In this document: piece by piece, positions 10,771 to 20,700 of the stretch
How the letters are laid out: each line of letters opens with the position of its first letter
How positions within the stretch are numbered: the first letter of the stretch is position 1
DNA from: an uncultured delta proteobacterium
GTDB lineage: Bacteria; Myxococcota_A; Polyangia; Polyangiales; Polyangiaceae
Reading direction: 5' to 3'
NCBI GenBank assembly: GCA_963841435.1
Contig: CAWJCS010000006.1
Span: 1,664,001 to 1,728,000 of the forward strand
Length of the DNA stretch: 64,000 nucleotides
Translations under genes and position numbers: made by a program
Notes under the pieces: model-generated
What the model saw: the letters and a program-made list of their open reading frames with translations, nothing else
Told to the model about the DNA's origin: nothing
Databases searched by the model: none

Positions 10771-11793
10771 ATGACTTATCGCTCCCTTCTTTCGGGCTGG
10801 ACCCCCACCCTCACCGTGGTTTCTGGCCTGCTTTACGTCGGCTGCGGCGCAGCCCCCGTGAACACGGGTGACGACGATGCGGCTTCCGGCGCAACCGGAG
10901 GCGCAGGTGGCGTCGGCAATGGTGGGGCCTCGGCCGTCGGGGGGAGCGGCGTGGGCGGCGCAACGGGCGGTGTGGGCGGCGCAACGGGCGGCGCGGGTGG
11001 TGCGACGGGCGGCGTCGGATCGGGTGGCACGGCAGGTGTCATCACGGCTGGCGTCACCAGCAGCTCCGGCGGGACGGTCGCGGCTTCGCTCTGTGGCCAG
11101 CCCACGGGCGTCGCCACCGAGAAGCTCATCGACGATCTGGAAGACGGGGACAACACCGTGGGCAACGGCCTCGGCGACCCGGTGCCCCCTTCGCGCGTCG
11201 GCTACTGGTTCACGTACAACTCGAACGACTCGAGCTGCACGCCGCTCAGCATGGGTGGCAATTGCCCTTGCAAGCAGAGCCCGCCCCCCGACCCCCAGGG
11301 CCTCATCCCCTTCCCCCCGGCGGCGAATCCCGGCAACGGCAGCATGTTCGCCGCGCACACCTCGGGCAGCGCCTGCACGACGTGGGGCGCGGGCCTCGGC
11401 GTCGATTTCAACAATTGCAACACGAAGAGCAACCCGTACAACGTGAGCGCCTACTCGGGCATCGGCTTCTCCTACAAGAGCAACCAGCCCCTGCGCGTGC
11501 TCGTCGGGACTCAGCCGAACCTGCCGACCTCGGAGGGCGGCTCGTGCGGCGGCACCGATTGCTACAACCACCACGGCAAGAACTTCGCGGCGGCGAGCGC
11601 CTGGACGACGGTCACCATCTCGTGGGCCGAGCTCCAGGGCACACAGCAGATCGGCAGCCCGCCCGCGGACCCGCAGACCTACGGCGAAAAGCGTGCGTTC
11701 GACCCGACGAAGGTGCTCAATCTCGAGTTCCAGGTGGACGCGAGCGGCGGCCAGAACTTCGACTTCTGGGTCGATGACGTGACGTTCCTCTGA
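10771..11793 (+). CDS. CBM11/CIA30-like lipoprotein with Gly-rich linker
   Basis: Lipobox YVGC, GGATGG repeats, WGAGLGVDF, YNVSAYSGIGF and FDFWVDDVTF. Confidence 0.7.
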   Translation: MTYRSLLSGWTPTLTVVSGLLYVGCGAAPVNTGDDDAASGATGGAGGVGNGGASAVGGSGVGGATGGVGGATGGAGGATGGVGSGGTAGVITAGVTSSSGGTVAASLCGQPTGVATEKLIDDLEDGDNTVGNGLGDPVPPSRVGYWFTYNSNDSSCTPLSMGGNCPCKQSPPPDPQGLIPFPPAANPGNGSMFAAHTSGSACTTWGAGLGVDFNNCNTKSNPYNVSAYSGIGFSYKSNQPLRVLVGTQPNLPTSEGGSCGGTDCYNHHGKNFAAASAWTTVTISWAELQGTQQIGSPPADPQTYGEKRAFDPTKVLNLEFQVDASGGQNFDFWVDDVTFL

Positions 11794-11826
11794 GCGACGG
11801 CGCGAGAGCCGCCGCCAACCGCGGCG

Positions 11827-12789
11827 TCAGAAGCCGTAGGCGCCGCCAACCGCGAGCGCGAAGCCGATGGCCGTCGCGGGAACCATCGCGAGCACGCGTA
11901 GCTCGCCCGTGATCATCACATTGCCGATGCCGTAGCCGACGCCGCCGCCCGGCGCGACGAACGCCGTGCCCGTCTTGCGCCAGGCGTGCAGCGTCCCCGA
12001 CTGGTGGTCGTCGGCGTGCTGCTTGTCCTTGTAGAACTGGACGGCCACGAGTCCGTCCACCTCACCGAGCCCCAAGCCGAGTGAGGCGAACGGTCGGAGC
12101 CCGGGGTGCGCGAACGGCGCAGCGCCGAAGAAATAGGCTCCGCGAAGCTCCACGTGGAGCGGCAAGGATGCGCCCACGCCCTCCACGGTCGGCGCCTCGC
12201 GAAACGCGTACCCGACGCGCGCGCCGGCCAGCAGCCGGCCGATGAAGAGCCGGTCGTAGCCAACGAGCACCCGCGTCGTCGTGAGCCCGAAGCCGCCCGA
12301 GACCACGTTGCCGGCGCCGGAATAGACGCGGTCCGAGTACAGGCCCTTGTCGTCACGGCAGGTGTACTGCGTCGCGCCGGGGGACTTCTTGCCGTTCTCG
12401 TCGATCGAGGGGCAGACGCCCGGCGTGGACGGGAAAATCAGCGAATCCTGCTGAACGCTCAGGCTCACCCAGTTGAGCTTCGACGGGCCACGCGAACGTG
12501 CCTCGTCATCGGACTCGGAGATGGGCTTTTCCGCCGGCTCTTCCTCCTCGAGCTCGATGACCTCGATCTTCTGCCCCTTGGTGTTGGTCGTGGTCATGAC
12601 GATGTCGTCGGAATCGTGCTCCACGGCAGCGGGCTTGGACTCCTTCGACTTCTTCTTCTTGGTCTTGGCGTTGTGCTGCGAGCTCTGGGCGACAGACTTC
12701 GCGGGGGCGGTCGCCGGCCAGCCGAGAGCCGCGAAGAGCAGGCACGCCGCGCCTTTGCTGCGGGCGGATCGCCAAGGGAAGCGGGCCAT
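11827..12789 (-). CDS. Exported hypothetical protein, probable small outer-membrane beta-barrel
   Basis: Signal-like N-terminus, alternating Gly/aromatic beta-strands and C-terminal Phe. Confidence 0.5.
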   Translation of the reverse strand: MARFPWRSARSKGAACLLFAALGWPATAPAKSVAQSSQHNAKTKKKKSKESKPAAVEHDSDDIVMTTTNTKGQKIEVIELEEEEPAEKPISESDDEARSRGPSKLNWVSLSVQQDSLIFPSTPGVCPSIDENGKKSPGATQYTCRDDKGLYSDRVYSGAGNVVSGGFGLTTTRVLVGYDRLFIGRLLAGARVGYAFREAPTVEGVGASLPLHVELRGAYFFGAAPFAHPGLRPFASLGLGLGEVDGLVAVQFYKDKQHADDHQSGTLHAWRKTGTAFVAPGGGVGYGIGNVMITGELRVLAMVPATAIGFALAVGGAYGF

Positions 12790-12893
12790 GGAAAGTCGGG
12801 GGACCATAGCAACGGCTCGCCACGGCCTGCAATCGGGCTCGGGCTCCGATTTTCGGCGCAAGAACTCCTGATTTGAGTCGGGCGACCTTGCAG

Positions 12894-14071
12894 CTAGGTG
12901 TGCTCGTTCGCGCCGGCACATGCCGCGGTAGCGAAAACTTCCACGGATCGGCCGAAGGCGTCTCGCAGCCGTGCGCGCCAGGCGTCGCCGAGCGTGTCGA
13001 TGGCTCGCCCCGCGGCGAGCGCGATCGCGCAGCCACCGAAGCCCCCGCCCGTCATGCGGGCGCCGTACACGCCGGGGATCTCGAGCGCGACCTCGACGGC
13101 GAGGTCGAGCTCGGCGAGCTCACTTCGTAGTCGTCGCGCAACGACGCGTGCGAGGCGCCCATGAGGCTGCCGAGCCGGTCGAGCTCCCCGTGTTCGAGGA
13201 GCTCTGCCGCCATGAGCGTACGCCCGTTCTCGCTGACGACGTGGCGCGCGCGGCGTAGCAGCGTGTCCGGCAGCTCGTGGGCGTAGCGTTCGAAATCAGC
13301 GAGTGAAACGTCGCGCAGCGAGCGCACGCCGGGGATCTTCTTCGCGAAGTGCGCAGCCGCGCGCTCGCACTCTGCGCGGCGCTCGTTGTACGCCGACGTC
13401 GCGAGATCGTGCTTGACCTTGGTGTCGCAGACGACGATGCGCGCGCCGCCGAGGTCGAGTGACACCACGCGCGGCTCGAGCGAGCGGCAGTCGATGAGCA
13501 GCGCGCCCCCGGCGACGCCGAGGGATGCGATTGCCTGATCCATGATGCCGCAGCGCGTGCCCACGTACTCGTGCTCGGCCGCCTGCCCCGCGAGCGCGAG
13601 CGTCATGCGATCGATGGTCTCGTGCCCCGCGAGCGACGCGAGCGCGAGCCCGACGGCGATCTCGAGCGCCGCCGAGGCCGAGAGACCCGCGCCCGGCGGT
13701 ACCTCACTGTCGATGAGCAGGCTCGCGCCACGCACGGGCACACCGCGCGCGATGAGCGCCCTCGCCGTTCCCTCGACGTAGTCGCCCCACGTGCCACGCC
13801 GTGGCACGCCTGGGTCGGCGAGCGTGAATTCGAACGGCTCGGGCTGGCCCGTCGAGACAGCGACGACCCGACCGTCGTCGCGCGGCGCCGCAGCGACACG
13901 CGTGCGCCGATCGATCGCCATGGGCAGCACGAAGCCGTCGTTGTAGTCGGTGTGCTCGCCGATCAGGTTCACGCGCCCGGGCGCGGAGAAGAGCCGCGCC
14001 GACCCGCCGAAACGGCGAGTGAAGGCTTCCGCGAGGCCGGTCAGGGTCGTCACGCGCTCGGCGTCGAGCAT
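12894..14071 (-). CDS. galK: Galactokinase with a 1-nt frameshift near 13116 (probably a sequencing error)
   Basis: [30 protein letters not shown] and CGIMDQ. The [11 protein letters not shown] motif continues in the next frame to a stop at 12894. Confidence 0.88.
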
Positions 14072-14090
14072 GCCACGCCCGAAGCCCGGG

Positions 14091-15624
14091 TTACCACCAG
14101 AGGCTCGCCGTGAGCGCCAGCATGCTCTTGTCCGGGGCGATGGTCGGGTCGTCGTGCGGGGGGTAGCCGCCGCGCACGACCGTGCGGCTGCCGTAGACGA
14201 ACCGCGTGTACTGGAGCGCGACCTGATCGTGCGCGTTCCATCCCGATCGGAACAGCAGACGCGGCGAGATCTCGAAGAAGGCCGTGTCCGAGTCGTTGAA
14301 CGTCGGGCCAAACCTGATCGGCACGCGCCGAAACGCCGAACCAGGGCAGGATGGCGTAGCTTGCCTCGGCGCCGAGCTTGCGCTTGGTCACGCCGTCGTA
14401 AAGCGCCCGACCCGTTGCAGGGTCAACGGATTTGTCGTGGCTCGAGACGTGGGTCTGCATGCCGAACAGGCTGACGACGATGTCGGGGCCCTCACCCACG
14501 AAGTAGGGACCGTAGAGCAGCCTCGAGATGCTGAGATCGTACTGCGCTCCCAGCGTGAAAAGAGAGCCCGTGGCGGCGCTCTTCGGCCCGAAATACTGGT
14601 CCATGAGCCCGACGCCGCTGTCGACGTTCAGGACCTCGATGATGCGGCCGAGCGAGCGCGCGTAGTCGGCGCCGTGGTGCACGGCGCCGAAGTAGAAATG
14701 CCCGAAGCGGCTCAGCGTGAGCCCCAGATCGGCGCCCAGGATGGTGACGCGCCCGTCGGGTTGGTCGTTCTGGCTCGCGCGGTCGTCCTGCGTAAACGCC
14801 GACAGGTAGTGCAAGCCGAGCACGCCCATGCCGCCGTAGCCGATGCCGACGTGCTCACCGAACACCCAGCCCGCGCCGGTGCGCGAATCGGCAAAGTCGT
14901 TCGAATAGTCGGGGGTGATGCCGTTCCATGGCTTGTCGGCCTGCCCCTGGATCTCCTGCGCAAGCAACAGGGAAAAGTCGCCGAAGGAGAAGCCGGCGTT
15001 GACGGCCTCGCCGATGCCGTTCGTGCGCACGATGATGGGCGTCGCGTAGCGTCCCTCGTCCCACTCTCCCATGCTGCCGTAGCGCTGGGAAAACGCGCCA
15101 ATCGTCACGGAAAACCGAGCATTCTTCAGGAGGTCGGAGAGCTCGAAGTCGAGGTACGCGTCCTCGATGCCGGGGTTCTTCGGCGGATCGAAGAACGACG
15201 CGGCCGTGCGCGGCTGGCGCGAAACGACGGAGATGTTGCCCGTGACGATGGGGTTGCCGTACGTGAAGCGCAAATCGACGTAGGGCTGAGGAACCGTGCC
15301 CGTGTAGTTGAAGCTGTCGGTGTAGTCGGGAACGACGGGCGGAGCGTGCAACGTCGACTTCTGCTGCTTGGCCGCGACCGTGGTGCGCTCGCCGAAGCCG
15401 GCGCGGAGCGGCATCATCATCATGCCGTGGAAGTCGAAGCGCCAATCGCTCTCGTCCTTCGCCGCGTGATGGTACGCGGGGGCAATGCCGCCGGGCACCG
15501 GGCCCGCTTGCGGGGCGCTCGGGGAAAGCCCCAAGACGGGCGGCGACGCGCTCTCCTCGGCCAAAGCCGGCAGCGCGAGGCTCACCGAACAGCCGAGAAT
15601 GGCGAATTTGAGGCCAGCGTTCAT
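14091..15624 (-). CDS. Outer-membrane beta-barrel, LamB-like paralog 2 (frameshifted near 14290-14330)
   Basis: Signal peptide and WRFDFHG...PLRAG. The C-terminus ISPRLLFRSGW...ASLWW lies in the adjacent frame and aligns by eye with paralog 1. Confidence 0.6.
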
Positions 15625-15662
15625 GAGGAACCTCTTTTTTCGTTCGCGGCACACATCGTTTC

Positions 15663-17537
15663 TCACCACCACATCCCGAAGCCTGCGCTCACGACGTCGC
15701 TGTCGAGCTTCTCGACGGGCGGGGCGTTGAAGCTCACGGGTGGCTCCGAGCCGTAAATCCACTTGTTGTACTGCAGCGACACGGTCTCGCGGCTGCTCCA
15801 CGTGGTCCGAAAGACCGCCCGCGTCATGAGCGCCGTGTAGGCCTTGTTCGGGCGGTCGAGCTCGGGGCTCACCCGGTCGGCGCGGAACTCCGCCGCGAAC
15901 CAGGGGAACAGACTCGCGAAGACATTGAAGCCCGCGCGAACCATCGACCAACCGTTGCGCAGCGGGTCGTGGCTCTTGATGCGGCCGTACTGCACGCCGA
16001 GCGCCGTGGTGACGTTTCGGCCTTCGCCCCAGAACGGGTCGGGCGAGCGCCAGAGCGTGCCCCAGCTGAGCTCGGTCTCGGCGGAGGCACTCCACATGCT
16101 GCCCGCCCAGTTGTTGTCACTATCGAACGAGCGCGGGCCGATCCAGGTATTGGAGAACGTCTCGCCGTCGCCGACGTACGAGATGGCGAGGCCGTGCAGC
16201 GCGTAGGCGTTCTTGGCGCGGCCGTACAGGACGCCCGCACCGCCTTGGTACCAGTTGCCTTTGAAGCCGAACGTCGCGCCGTAGGCGTCGTAGCGGCCGT
16301 CGTTGCGACGGCGACTCTCGTCGATGCCCGGTGTTTCCGGGCGCGGATCGGGGTTGTAGTTGCTGCGGCTCTGACCCTCGAGCGGCGGCTCGGCGGGCGG
16401 CAGGTAGCCGCGCTCGTCGTGGCTGAAGTTGTTCAGCCAGTGAAGCTGCGCGCGGAGCGACACATCGCCGTTGCGGATGAGCCCGAGGTGCGCGTGGTGA
16501 ATCCATGCTGCCGGGTCGTACGAATCGCCGAAGTTGTTCGGCGCGACCGTGTCGCCTTGCGGCGAATCCTCGGGCAATATCGGGTGGTTCTGCCCGCCCG
16601 GCGCCTTGTCGCCGCTCGAGTGAACGCCATGGTCGAGCGTCACGACCCACGTGTCGGAGATTGCGTACTCGGCCGACGTCGTCTCGCCGACACCGGCGAC
16701 TCTACCGACGGCGTTGCTGTAGAAGCCGCCGCCGTAGTTGCCGAGGTTGCCGTACGTCACGCTGAACGCGCCGAACGAGAACCCAAGCCGCAGTTTTCCG
16801 ATCTGTGGCAAGCGCGCCGTGATGAAGGCCGAATCGATGAAGTTCTGGCTGCCGAGCTGGAAGAACGAAGCGCCGCGCGTCGGGTTCCAGGTCGTGAGGT
16901 TCATGTGAGCGGTAACGTTGCGGTTGCCGTACTCGAACTTCATCTCGACCCAGCTGCCCTGCGCCCCGCCCGCGCTGAAGCTGCCGCCGGTGTCCACCGT
17001 GTTGCGGAAAATCAGGTCGGACTGGCGCGGCGCCAGCGCGACGTGCGAAAGCTCGCGCGAACGGATCGAGCCGCGCACGCCGGCGGCGAAGAAGCCGGTG
17101 TAATTGAACGTCCAGACGTCGCGCGGCGCCGGCGCGCCGTACGGCACCGTGAGCCCACCCGCGACGGGGCCCGAATGCGGCGCGTAGGAGGGCAGGCCAA
17201 GCGCGGGGTAGCGCCGGTAGCCGGGGACGTAGCCTGGACGGTCGAGCTCGTCGGGAGGCAAAGCGGGCGGGGCCGAGGCGGCAGCGGCGGCTGGCGGTGG
17301 CGCTGCTTCGGGCGGAGCGGGGGGTGATGCCGCAGCGGCGGCGACGGGCGGCGAAGCCGCGGCAGCATCGGCGGAGGCGGGCGCCGCATCGTTGGGTGAC
17401 GCGGGCGCAGCCGCAGGCGCTTCGGCTCCCGGCGGCGTCGGCTGGGGCGCGCCAGGCTCGGCTGCCGCACCCGGAGACGGCGCAGTCGGAGCCGGCGCGG
17501 GTGTCGCGGGCGCGGGGGCTTGCGCGGCGACAGGCAC
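15663..17537 (-). CDS. Outer-membrane beta-barrel, LamB-like paralog 3 (true start probably near 17628)
   Basis: Pro/Ala linker, WTFNYTGF, PWF...RADRV.P and C-terminal GMWW. A hydrophobic signal segment lies in frame just upstream of 17537. Confidence 0.6.
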   Translation of the reverse strand: MPVAAQAPAPATPAPAPTAPSPGAAAEPGAPQPTPPGAEAPAAAPASPNDAAPASADAAAASPPVAAAAASPPAPPEAAPPPAAAAASAPPALPPDELDRPGYVPGYRRYPALGLPSYAPHSGPVAGGLTVPYGAPAPRDVWTFNYTGFFAAGVRGSIRSRELSHVALAPRQSDLIFRNTVDTGGSFSAGGAQGSWVEMKFEYGNRNVTAHMNLTTWNPTRGASFFQLGSQNFIDSAFITARLPQIGKLRLGFSFGAFSVTYGNLGNYGGGFYSNAVGRVAGVGETTSAEYAISDTWVVTLDHGVHSSGDKAPGGQNHPILPEDSPQGDTVAPNNFGDSYDPAAWIHHAHLGLIRNGDVSLRAQLHWLNNFSHDERGYLPPAEPPLEGQSRSNYNPDPRPETPGIDESRRRNDGRYDAYGATFGFKGNWYQGGAGVLYGRAKNAYALHGLAISYVGDGETFSNTWIGPRSFDSDNNWAGSMWSASAETELSWGTLWRSPDPFWGEGRNVTTALGVQYGRIKSHDPLRNGWSMVRAGFNVFASLFPWFAAEFRADRVSPELDRPNKAYTALMTRAVFRTTWSSRETVSLQYNKWIYGSEPPVSFNAPPVEKLDSDVVSAGFGMWW

Positions 17538-17667
17538 GGCGACCAGAAGCGCCGCGAGCGAGACGAGGCACGCCGGTCCGAGGCCGGAGCAAGACGGTGC
17601 CTTGTCGCCCAGTGACAGCGGCTTCGATCAGCTGGCGTAAGCTCAAGCGCTGTGCTCCGATTTTCGC

Positions 17668-19185
17668 TCAGGGGCGCTTGCGATAAAAGCCGATGTCGTT
17701 GACGTAGGTGTCGAGATAGCCGGCGCTGAAGTAGAGGGCGACCGACCAGATGCCGCTCGGGTTGAAGCGGCGCGCGATTCGGCGTGAAACGGCGGAATTC
17801 CGACCACGGGATCGTGAAAAGCCTCCACTCCGTGTCGACGACGACGTTCGCCTCGAAGCCGTCACCACAGCGGTTCTCGTTCTTCTCGGGCAGCGCAGGA
17901 TTCGCCGGGCTCCCAGCAGTAGTAGCCGGACGCCTGATCGAATCGGAAGACGTACGGATTGCAGGCGCGGCCGCCGAACTGCGGGTCACCCGGTGCCGTC
18001 GGGCGTCTCTTCTGCCATGGTCCGCGGGCAGCAGAGCGGGATGTTGCGATCGTCAGTCCGTCGAAGGCGACCTGATAGGTGCCGCCGTCGTCCCGACGGC
18101 GTCCGATCCGGACGTCCTGATCGGCGGGTCACGAAAGTCGACATGCCCGTCACGGTCCGTCGCGGAGCTCCGGAGGGCGCTGCGCTCACCGGGCAACTAG
18201 CAGCGCTGTTCGTCCTCCTTCTGCACGCCTCACGATGCCGCCGGTCCTCGTAAACCAGGGCATCTCGTACTCGACGGAGTTGCAGTGGCGACAGCAACTC
18301 TTCGTCCGCTTGACACGCCGGCCCGGGCGGATTGCTGGCCGGGTCACTCATCTTCGCGTCGTAGGCGGCGCGCTCCACCTCGAGCGCGAGCCCCTCACTC
18401 GTGTTGTTGTCGTTGAGCGCCACGCGCAACGTGGACTGTCCACCGGGCCCGCGCCGCGCCCAGAACGCAAGCCCTTCGAAATCCGACACGTCGAGCCCGA
18501 GGCGCGAGCCCTGCCCCTGCACCGGGGTCATCCAGAAGCCGCACGTGTCTATCGGTCGCCGTCGGCCCCAAGCCGATTCCGACCGGCTGGCCTTCGAGCT
18601 CTACAGGGCAGTACCTCTCGACGTATTTCGCCCCGCGCACGATGGCGTATTGCGTGACGTAACCGCCACCCCACGAGACGAACGGGCCGCCCTGGAGGTG
18701 CAGCGCGTAGTTGCTCGAGCAGCGCGCCCCGCCCGGCATCGTTCGCAGATCCGGCACCTGGAGGCCCCAGTACGGCGCCGGAACCGTGGCCGGCGTGTCG
18801 GTCGAGCTCGACGCTGGAACCCACCTGATTGGGCTCGATCGGAATCCCGGGCTCGCCGTAGTTGAACCACGTTGGAGCAAACGCCTGCTCGAAGTCGTGC
18901 GATCGTCATGATCTCGAGGTCGTCGCCCTGAGCGCAATTCGTGCACGACGGACCCGGGTCGGGGCGCATCCCCATATCGGTGATGGCCTGCGCGTCGGTC
19001 GTCGGGACGCCCCAGTACACCGAGCCGTCGGGAACCTCGGGAGGCGGCGTTCCGCCGTCGAGCAGCTCCGCGCACGTCGGGCGCGGTCGATCGCTCGAAA
19101 CACAGGCCGCCCCGACGAAACCAAGCGCAGCGAGCACGATCCCCAAGCGGATGATCCACTGCGCTTTCTTGGGGGAGCTCTGCAT
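17668..19185 (-). CDS. Large CBM11-like lipoprotein, broken by several frameshifts
   Basis: Pieces in different frames: lipobox VGAAC; GGPFVSWGGG; LDVSDFEGLAFWARRG; EWRLFTIPWSEF; DTYVNDIGFY. Confidence 0.6.
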
Positions 19186-19468
19186 ACGCCGGGCCTTGGG
19201 CCGGCCGCGCCGGCGTCAGCGTACCTACCAGAGCGTTCCGCCAGGCGGCCAGCAAAAATGCGACGAGCAGAGCAAAAATGCTATCTCCGACCCCTCGTGG
19301 CAATTTCCGCCCAGATGGGGATCGGATAGCGCGATGCGTCGAAGCCTCACGCACAGTCGAAGGCGCCCGCGATACCGCGCCGCCCGAGCCACCCATGTCG
19401 GGCGGGTATGATGCGAGGCTCGCAGGCGCACGGTATCGCGACATTCCCCCGAAAGCGAAAGTGAGTCG

Positions 19469-20617
19469 ATGGCAGGCGTCGTTCTGACGGACGTAGTGAA
19501 GATCTTCGACAGCGGCGTCAAAGTCGTCGATCGCTTCAACCTCGAGATCCAAGATCGCGAGTTCGTGGTGCTCGTCGGTCCCTCGGGCTGTGGGAAATCG
19601 ACGACGCTGCGCATGGTGGCGGGGCTCGAGGACATCACGAGCGGCACCATCGCCATCGGGGGCAAGGTCGTGAACGACGTGCCGCCGAAGGATCGCGACA
19701 TCGCCATGGTGTTTCAGAGCTATGCGCTCTACCCGCACATGACGGTGTACGAGAACATGGCGTTCGCGCTCAAGCTCCGGAAGCAGCCGAAGGCCACCAT
19801 CGACGAGAAGGTGCGCCACGCCGCCCAAATCCTCGGCATCGAGGGGCTGCTCGCGCGCAAGCCGAAAGCGCTTTCCGGCGGGCAGCGGCAACGCGTCGCC
19901 GTCGGACGCGCCATCGTGCGCGACCCCAAGTGCTTTCTGTTCGACGAGCCGCTCTCGAACCTCGACGCCAAGCTTCGCGTCGAGATGCGCGCCGAGATCA
20001 AGCACATCCACATGAGCTTGAACGCGACGACGATCTACGTCACGCACGACCAGGAAGAAGCGATGACGCTCGGTGACCGCGTCGTCGTGATGAAGGACGG
20101 CGTCATTCAGCAATGCGCGAACGCGCTCGAGGTCTATCACCATCCCGAGAATCGCTTCGTCGCCGGGTTCCTCGGCAGCCCACCCATGAACTTCTTCACG
20201 GGTCGCATCCTCGGCGACGCTCAGCGGCTCGTCTTCGACGAGGGCACCGGCAAGCTCCCCGTACCCGACTGGGCGAAGAGCGCCCTCGAGCCCTACGTTG
20301 ACAAGGAAGTCGTGCTCGGGGTGCGCCCCGAGGCGCTGTCGGACAAGGGCCACGCCCGCTTCGCCGCGACGGACAACCATTTGACGATGCGCGTCACGCT
20401 CGTGCAGCCCCTCGGCGATCGCATGGACGTGTACCTTTCCACGGATTCCCACCCGCACTCCGTGGCGCAGGTCGCCGCGCACATGGGCCTCAATCCCGGC
20501 ACCACCATGCCGGTCTACTTCGACCCCAGCCGACTGAATTTCTTCGAGCCCGGCGAGATCGGCAAGCGCATCGTCACGAACCCGGCGTCCACCGCCGAGT
20601 CGAGCACCGCTGCCTAG
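19469..20617 (+). CDS. Sugar ABC transporter ATP-binding protein (MalK/MsmX/UgpC family)
   Basis: [32 protein letters not shown] and YVTHDQEEA, with a C-terminal TOBE-like region. Confidence 0.95.
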   Translation: MAGVVLTDVVKIFDSGVKVVDRFNLEIQDREFVVLVGPSGCGKSTTLRMVAGLEDITSGTIAIGGKVVNDVPPKDRDIAMVFQSYALYPHMTVYENMAFALKLRKQPKATIDEKVRHAAQILGIEGLLARKPKALSGGQRQRVAVGRAIVRDPKCFLFDEPLSNLDAKLRVEMRAEIKHIHMSLNATTIYVTHDQEEAMTLGDRVVVMKDGVIQQCANALEVYHHPENRFVAGFLGSPPMNFFTGRILGDAQRLVFDEGTGKLPVPDWAKSALEPYVDKEVVLGVRPEALSDKGHARFAATDNHLTMRVTLVQPLGDRMDVYLSTDSHPHSVAQVAAHMGLNPGTTMPVYFDPSRLNFFEPGEIGKRIVTNPASTAESSTAA

Positions 20618-20700
20618 CCGCTCCCGAAGTCCGCGGCGATGTGCGTCATCGCCCGAGGGCCTTCCCAGCGACGCCATCGTGGTATAGGCACGCCGGCGTC

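Noticed and set aside
10930-11030. GGCGGCGCAACG-type tandem repeats (also the poly-Pro tract near 48825-48875)
   Set aside because: These are ordinary low-complexity linkers within lipoproteins.
13100-13130. Programmed frameshift in galK
   Set aside because: There is no slippery sequence, and several similar indels nearby point to consensus errors.
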